A DNA stretch of 32,000 bases, taken from the NCBI GenBank assembly GCA_016710525.1, contig JADJVQ010000038.1:13986-45985 (forward strand), in the 5' to 3' direction. Origin of the DNA: Burkholderiaceae bacterium (GTDB lineage Bacteria > Pseudomonadota > Gammaproteobacteria > Burkholderiales > Burkholderiaceae_E). The notes beneath the pieces are model-generated. The model ran no database searches and was not told the DNA's origin. It was given only the letters and a program-made list of their open reading frames with translations. This document shows, piece after piece, positions 27,361-32,000 of the stretch (positions are counted from its first letter, which is position 1; each line of letters opens with the position of its first letter). A program made the position numbers and the translations under genes.

Positions 27361-27564
27361 TCAGGCCCGCAGCCGTCCGCCCTGGCCTGGATCCAGCGCG
27401 GCGCAGGGCCCGGGGCCGCGCACGGCCGCATCGGCCATGCCCCGGTCCGCGGCTTGCGACTGCGCCATTTGCCCGGCAGGCGCCGCCTCCGGCATCAGAA
27501 GCAACGCACCGAGAGCGAACATCAGCGCCAATGCCGTCTTCAGCCAATCCGATCCTGCCATCAT
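27361..27564 (-). CDS. Small hypothetical protein with a predicted signal peptide (67 aa)
   Basis: An AGGAGA SD lies 5 nt before the ATG at 27562-27564. The sequence is MMAGSDWLKTALALMFALGALLLMPEAAPA-GQ.... Third codon positions are mostly G/C, consistent with coding. I recognise no homology. Confidence 0.35.
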   Translation of the reverse strand: MMAGSDWLKTALALMFALGALLLMPEAAPAGQMAQSQAADRGMADAAVRGPGPCAALDPGQGGRLRA

Positions 27565-27806
27565 CACGATCTCCTGCTTGGGCAGATGCCCGGTTGCGCG
27601 AGCGGTCGCGTCACGCGAGGGCTGTGTCGACCACCACGTGGTCGCCCCTTTTCATGATCCGCCTGGCGCCGAGGCAGCTCATTGAGCATGCGCAATCAGT
27701 CGAAGCGCCGCAAGGACTCGAAGTTGTGCCGAGCAAGGTCCGAGCGTCAGGAAGACCTGCTCCGTCGCGACCCAGGAGCCGATATCAATGCGTCCCGGAG
27801 ACCGCC

Positions 27807-28673
27807 ATGCCCGCCAGCCGCCTGCTTCGCGACCGCACCGCCCGATGGATCGGGGTCGTGGCGGCCGCCCTCCTGACCGGCGGTGTCGCCGCGGCAAAAC
27901 CCTATGGCCCCGGCACCGGCAGCGCGGCTGCGCACATGGCCTCGAGTGCCGCCATGACCTGCGAAGCCCGAAGCCCCGAACACACCGTGGCCCTGCTGGA
28001 GCTGTTCACCTCGGAGGGCTGCAGCAGCTGCCCGCCCGCCGACCGCTGGCTGCAGGGCCTGAAGGGCCAGGGCTTGGGCCTGGACAAAGTGGTGCCCCTG
28101 TCGCTGCATGTCGGGTACTGGGACGCGATCGGCTGGAAGGATCCATATGCCCAGGCACGCTTCACCGATCGCCAGCGCGATTACGCCCGCCAGCAGCGCG
28201 CCGCTTCGGTCTACACGCCCCAGGTCGTTCTGGCGGGCCAGGATTTCCGCCGCTGGGGCGACGCCGAACTGCGCAGCGCGCTGGCCAAGCTTGCCGGCAA
28301 GCCGGCCGGTGCGCGGATCACGCTCGAGGGCTCGACGGTGGGACGTGCGGTGCGCATCCGGGCCGATGCGCAGCTGCAGGCCGCCGCATCCGCGTCGGGT
28401 GTCCCGGCCCCGTCATCGCAGCTGCACCTGGTGGTGTTCGAATCCGGACTGCAAAACCAGGTCACCCGAGGCGAAAACCGTGGCGCGACACTGACCCATG
28501 ACGCCGTGGTCCGCCACTGGCAGGGCCCGATCGCGCTCAGCCAGGGCAAGGCTGCAGCAAGCGAGATCGTCGGCCTGGCCGAACCGGGCGATCGGCGCAC
28601 GCTGGGGGTCGCGGCCTTCGTGCAGAACGACCGCGGCGAGGTGCTGCAGGCAACGGCCTGCGTGATGCAGTGA
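27807..28673 (+). CDS. DUF1223 domain-containing secreted protein
   Basis: The ATG at 27807 follows a GGAG SD, and there is an N-terminal signal-like segment. VALLELFTSEGCSSCPPADRWL...LSLHVGYWDAIGWKDPYA...FTDRQRDYA...VYTPQVVL is the DUF1223 signature as I recall it. 288 aa. Confidence 0.75.
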   Translation: MPASRLLRDRTARWIGVVAAALLTGGVAAAKPYGPGTGSAAAHMASSAAMTCEARSPEHTVALLELFTSEGCSSCPPADRWLQGLKGQGLGLDKVVPLSLHVGYWDAIGWKDPYAQARFTDRQRDYARQQRAASVYTPQVVLAGQDFRRWGDAELRSALAKLAGKPAGARITLEGSTVGRAVRIRADAQLQAAASASGVPAPSSQLHLVVFESGLQNQVTRGENRGATLTHDAVVRHWQGPIALSQGKAAASEIVGLAEPGDRRTLGVAAFVQNDRGEVLQATACVMQ

Positions 28674-28724
28674 CGACCGGTCAGGCCGCGCCCGCCCGAT
28701 TGCGCCTGCGCGCCGGCAGCCCGC

Positions 28725-30329
28725 TCACGCGCCGCGACGGGTGTCCGCTTCGCGCTCGCGCAGCTTGAAGCGCTGGATCTTGCCGGTCGCGGTCTTGGGC
28801 AGCTCTGGCACGAATTCGATCAGCCGCGGGTACTTGTAGGGCGCCAGCCGCTCCTTGACGAAGGCCTTGAGTTCGTCGTCATCGGCCGCCGCACCCGGCT
28901 TGAGCACGACGAAGGCCTTGGTGCGGGTCAGGCCATCGGGGTCCGGCACGCCGATCACGGCGGCCTCGAGCACCGCCGGATGCTGCACCAGCGTGGCCTC
29001 GACCTCGAACGGCGAGACGTAGATGCCGCTCACCTTGAGCATGTCGTCGCTGCGCCCGCTGTAGGTGTAGCTGCCGTCGGCATTGCGCACGTATTTGTCG
29101 CCGCTGCGGGTCCATTCGCCCTGGAAGGTCTCGCGCGACTTGACCCGGTTGCCCCAGTACATCACCGCGGCACTGGGGCCCCGGATGTACAGGTCGCCGG
29201 TATCGCCATCGGGCACCGCCCGCCCGTCATCGCCGCGCAGTTCGATGTCGTAGCCGGGCACCGGCCAGCCGGTCGTGCCATACCGCACCCGGCCGGGCTG
29301 GTTCGACAGAAAGATGTGCAGCATTTCGGTGGAGCCGATGCCATCGATGATCTCGACGCCGAAATGCGCGGTGAATCGCTCGCCCAGATCGGCAGGCAGC
29401 GCTTCGCCGGCCGAAGATGCCAGACGCAGTGCCACCCGCGAACGCGCCGGCAGCGCGGGCGAGGCCAGCATGCCCGCGAAGCCGGTGGGCGCGCCAAAAA
29501 AGACGGTCGGGCGATGGTCGATCCAGCGCCGGAACACCGCATCGGGCGTGGCCCGTTCGGCCATCAGCACCACGGTGGCGCCCACGCTGAGCGGGAAGCT
29601 CAGCGAGTTGCCCAGGCCGTAGGCGAAAAACAGCTTCGCCGCCGAGAACAGCACATCGGATTCCTTCAGGCCCAGGACGGGCGTGCCGTACAGCTCGGCG
29701 GTCCAGTACGCATTGGCGTGCGTGTGCAGCGCCCCTTTGGGCCGGCCGGTGGACCCTGACGAATAGAGCCAGAAGCCGGGATCGTCCGGACCGGTGCCGG
29801 CGGGCGCGGGCATCGGCGCCTGCTGCGCCAGCAGCGGGCCCAGCGCGAGCGTGGCCGGCGAGGATGGCGCGCCGGCCGGCTCGCCCGCACCGCCGGACAC
29901 GATCACCGTGCCCACCTCATGGCCGCCCTGCCCCTCGGCCAGCGCCATCGCGGCCTGCAGCATCGGCAGCAGCGAGGCCGACACCAGCGCGGCCTGGGCA
30001 CGGCTGTTGCGCAGCATGTACGCATAGTCGTCGGCGGTCAGCAGCGTATTGACCGCCACCGGCACGATGCCCGCGTACAGGGCGCCCAGGAAACTGACGG
30101 GCCAGTCGATGCCATCGGTCATCAGCAGCAGCACACGCTCCTCGCGGCGCACGCCGCAGGCCCGCAGTGCGGCCGCCATCCGGCGGACCTGGTCGGCCAG
30201 ATCGCCATAACTCAGCTGCCCATGGTCATCGATGAAGGCCGTCTTCGCCGGCCGTTGGGCGTTGCGCTCGATGAGATGCTGCGCAAAGTTGAATCGCTCA
30301 CCGGGTGGCGGCACGTGTCGGTCGGTCAT
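28725..30329 (-). CDS. bclA: Benzoate-CoA ligase
   Basis: The ATG at 30327-30329 has an AGGAGA SD. FNFAQHLIERNA...AFIDD is the typical benzoate-CoA ligase N-terminus. LYSSGSTGRPKGALHTH, GIGSTE, SGDKY, GRSDDMLKVSG and TATGKIQRFKLR are present. The gene is divergent from boxR and lies near boxC. 534 aa. Confidence 0.85.
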   Translation of the reverse strand: MTDRHVPPPGERFNFAQHLIERNAQRPAKTAFIDDHGQLSYGDLADQVRRMAAALRACGVRREERVLLLMTDGIDWPVSFLGALYAGIVPVAVNTLLTADDYAYMLRNSRAQAALVSASLLPMLQAAMALAEGQGGHEVGTVIVSGGAGEPAGAPSSPATLALGPLLAQQAPMPAPAGTGPDDPGFWLYSSGSTGRPKGALHTHANAYWTAELYGTPVLGLKESDVLFSAAKLFFAYGLGNSLSFPLSVGATVVLMAERATPDAVFRRWIDHRPTVFFGAPTGFAGMLASPALPARSRVALRLASSAGEALPADLGERFTAHFGVEIIDGIGSTEMLHIFLSNQPGRVRYGTTGWPVPGYDIELRGDDGRAVPDGDTGDLYIRGPSAAVMYWGNRVKSRETFQGEWTRSGDKYVRNADGSYTYSGRSDDMLKVSGIYVSPFEVEATLVQHPAVLEAAVIGVPDPDGLTRTKAFVVLKPGAAADDDELKAFVKERLAPYKYPRLIEFVPELPKTATGKIQRFKLREREADTRRGA

Positions 30330-30398
30330 GCGGGTTGTCTCCTGGTGGCGGTTCAGGTTGACCGCTGTCGATGGGCAGGCTGACGGCTTGCCTTGAAG

Positions 30399-30468
30399 TG
30401 CAAGAGGCATTATTGTGCCTAGAAGCAGAATAAAACCTCGAAGACATCATGTCAAGCACTATAATGCA
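30399..30468. promoter_or_regulatory. bclA/boxR divergent control region with two inverted copies of a GCAC(T/A)ATAATGC element and TGCA tetramers
   Basis: AGCACTATAATGCA lies on the plus strand at 30455-30468. GGCACAATAATGCC lies on the minus strand (rc of 30406-30419), and AGGCA-N6-TGCCT forms a dyad at 30405-30420. TGCA occurs at 30399-30402 and 30465-30468. Each element embeds a -10-like hexamer (TATAAT or AATAAT). Confidence 0.45.
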
Positions 30469-31414
30469 TCCCATCGCGCGAATGCCTCGATCGCCCGCCC
30501 CGGCGCTCGAGGCCGTATCGCCCTCGGCCGCGCAAGCCGGCGCCGAGGAGAAGAATCCCTTCCTGGTCGCGCTGGGCGATCGTGTGCGTGCCCTGCGCGC
30601 TCGCCGCGGCATGACCCGCAAGGCGGTCGCCCAGTCCGCGGAGGTTTCGGAACGCCACCTCGCCAACCTCGAGTACGGCATCGGCAATGCGTCGATCCTG
30701 GTGCTGCTGCAGGTCGCCGGCGCGCTGCATTGTTCGCTGGCGGAGCTGCTGGGCGACGTCACCACCAGTTCCCCCGAATGGCTGCTGATCCGCGAACTGC
30801 TGGGTGATCGCGACGAAGCCACGCTGCACCGGGTGCGGGTTGCCGTGGGCGAGATGCTGGGCACCGGTGGGGACAATGCCGCGCGCAGCCCGCGCGTGGC
30901 GCTGATCGGGCTGCGCGGCGCCGGCAAGTCAACGCTCGGTCAGATGCTGGCCCAGGACCTCGGTTTTCCTTACGTCGAACTGAGCCGCGAGATCGAGAAG
31001 TTTGCCGGCTGCAGCATTGCCGAGATCCAGGCACTGTATGGCGCCAACGCCTATCGCCGCTACGAGCGCCGGGCGCTGGAAGAAACGATCCAGCTCTACC
31101 CGGAGGCCGTGATCGCCACCCCGGGCGGCCTGGTCTCGGATCCGGCCACCTTCAACCTGCTGCTGGCCCATTGCACCACGGTCTGGCTGCAGGCCGACCC
31201 CGAAGACCACATGAAACGGGTCGCGGCTCAAGGCGACATGCGTCCGATGGCCGCCAGTACCGAGGCCATGCAGGACCTCAAGGGCATCCTGGCCGGACGG
31301 GCCGCGTTCTATTCGAAGGCCGACCTGCGCCTGGACACCAGCGCCCAGCCGCTGGCCGCCACTTTCCGGATGCTGCGCGACCAGGTCCGCCAGTCGCTCG
31401 ACCTGCCGATCTGA
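30449..31414 (+). CDS. boxR: BoxR/BzdR-type regulator: XRE-family HTH fused to a shikimate-kinase-like domain
   Basis: The HTH is LGDRVRALRARRGMTRKAVAQSAEVSERHLANLEYGIGNASILVLLQVAGAL. This is followed by the P-loop VALIGLRGAGKSTLGQMLA and a shikimate-kinase-like region. The start is uncertain: ATGs at 30449, 30464 and 30481 are all in frame. Confidence 0.8.
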   Translation: MSSTIMHPIARMPRSPAPALEAVSPSAAQAGAEEKNPFLVALGDRVRALRARRGMTRKAVAQSAEVSERHLANLEYGIGNASILVLLQVAGALHCSLAELLGDVTTSSPEWLLIRELLGDRDEATLHRVRVAVGEMLGTGGDNAARSPRVALIGLRGAGKSTLGQMLAQDLGFPYVELSREIEKFAGCSIAEIQALYGANAYRRYERRALEETIQLYPEAVIATPGGLVSDPATFNLLLAHCTTVWLQADPEDHMKRVAAQGDMRPMAASTEAMQDLKGILAGRAAFYSKADLRLDTSAQPLAATFRMLRDQVRQSLDLPI

Positions 31415-31422
31415 AAATCGTG

Positions 31423-31489
31423 ATGCAACAAAATGCTTGTTGACCTCATTCGAATGCACTATGCTGCGCCTCCTGACAGCTGCGATGCA
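31423..31489 (+). promoter_or_regulatory. boxC upstream control region: three ATGCA pentamers at exact 31-bp spacing, a CAACAA-N5-TTGTTG dyad and ATGCACTATGCTGC
   Basis: ATGCA occurs at 31423-31427, 31454-31458 and 31485-31489. The inverted repeat is at 31426-31442. TTGACC is at 31440-31445. GCACTATGCTGC is at 31456-31467, 52 nt before the boxC GTG. Confidence 0.4.
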
Positions 31490-31518
31490 GGCGACTGCGT
31501 CTTCATGAGGAGCCCCGA

Positions 31519-32000
31519 GTGACCACCACCCTTCGCGTGAACTACCAGACCGAGCCCGCGCTGTACCGGCACTGGAAGCTCGAGTTCGACGGTCCGATCG
31601 CCACCTTGCGTGCCGACTTCGACGAAAACGCCGGGCTGCGTCCCGGCTACAAGCTCAAGCTCAACAGCTACGACCTGGGCGTGGACATCGAACTGAACGA
31701 CGCGATCAACCGCATCCGCTTCGAGCATCCCGAGGTGCGCACCGTGGTGGTCACCAGCGCCAAGGAGAAGGTGTTCTGTTCGGGCGCCAACATCTTCATG
31801 CTCGGGGTCTCCAGTCATGCCTGGAAGGTCAACTTCTGCAAGTTCACCAACGAGACGCGCAATGGCCTGGAGGACTCCTCGACCCACAGCGGCCTGAAGT
31901 TCCTGGCGGCCGTCAACGGTGCCTGCGCCGGCGGCGGCTACGAACTCGCGCTCGCCTGCGACCAGATCGTGCTGGTGGACGACCGCTCGTCCTCGGTCAG
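31519..32000 (+). CDS. boxC: Benzoyl-CoA-dihydrodiol lyase (2,3-epoxybenzoyl-CoA dihydrolase), 5' part; gene runs off the right edge
   Basis: Absent from the track because there is no stop in the window. The GTG at 31519 has a GAGGAG SD 6 nt upstream. The translation is VTTTLRVNYQTEPALYRHWKLEFDGPIATLRADFDENAGLRPGYKLKLNSYDLGVDIELNDAINRIRFEHPEVRTVVVTS...NGACAGGGYELALACD, which matches the BoxC N-terminus as I recall it. Confidence 0.9.
   Translation, partial: MTTTLRVNYQTEPALYRHWKLEFDGPIATLRADFDENAGLRPGYKLKLNSYDLGVDIELNDAINRIRFEHPEVRTVVVTSAKEKVFCSGANIFMLGVSSHAWKVNFCKFTNETRNGLEDSSTHSGLKFLAAVNGACAGGGYELALACDQIVLVDDRSSSV

Overview
This is a chromosomal segment of about 70% GC from a betaproteobacterium. 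Finding bchE-bchJ together with an aerobic benzoyl-CoA (box) cluster points to a Burkholderiales purple phototroph such as Rubrivivax. That assignment is inference only. No searches were run, and all calls rest on motifs I recognise in the translations.

I can support 28 protein-coding loci:
- a partial gltI
- a decayed aspA
- an ACSM-like acyl-CoA synthetase
- two NAD-epimerase/SDR genes
- a LysR regulator with a flavin reductase, a DadA-like oxidoreductase and an enoyl-CoA hydratase
- an S8 protease with a beta-barrel tail
- a NUDIX-MBL fusion
- bchE-bchJ
- a 2-hydroxyacid dehydrogenase
- an MFS-SDR-VOC operon
- an acyl-CoA dehydrogenase, a family III CoA-transferase and a Bug remnant
- a MATE exporter
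- a short MetE-like methyltransferase
- a module of a small ORF, a PaaK/CapK-like ligase and ald
- DUF1223
- bclA, boxR and the 5' end of boxC

I found no rRNA, tRNA, CRISPR array, transposase, integrase or recognisable defence genes. Most long ORFs in the track are high-GC shadow frames.

I do not see a convincing novel multi-gene system. The observations most worth follow-up are:
- overlapping PpsR-like and FNR-like dyads upstream of bchE
- an A-N-GCAC-W-AT / ATGCA motif family in front of bclA, boxR and boxC, and also in front of the distant acyl-CoA synthetase
- a 91-nt tract with no A or T at the point where aspA loses its 5' end
- the small-ORF/ligase/ald module, whose ligase overlaps ald by 74 nt
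- three gene-decay events (aspA, the CoA-transferase, bug), which could equally be sequence errors
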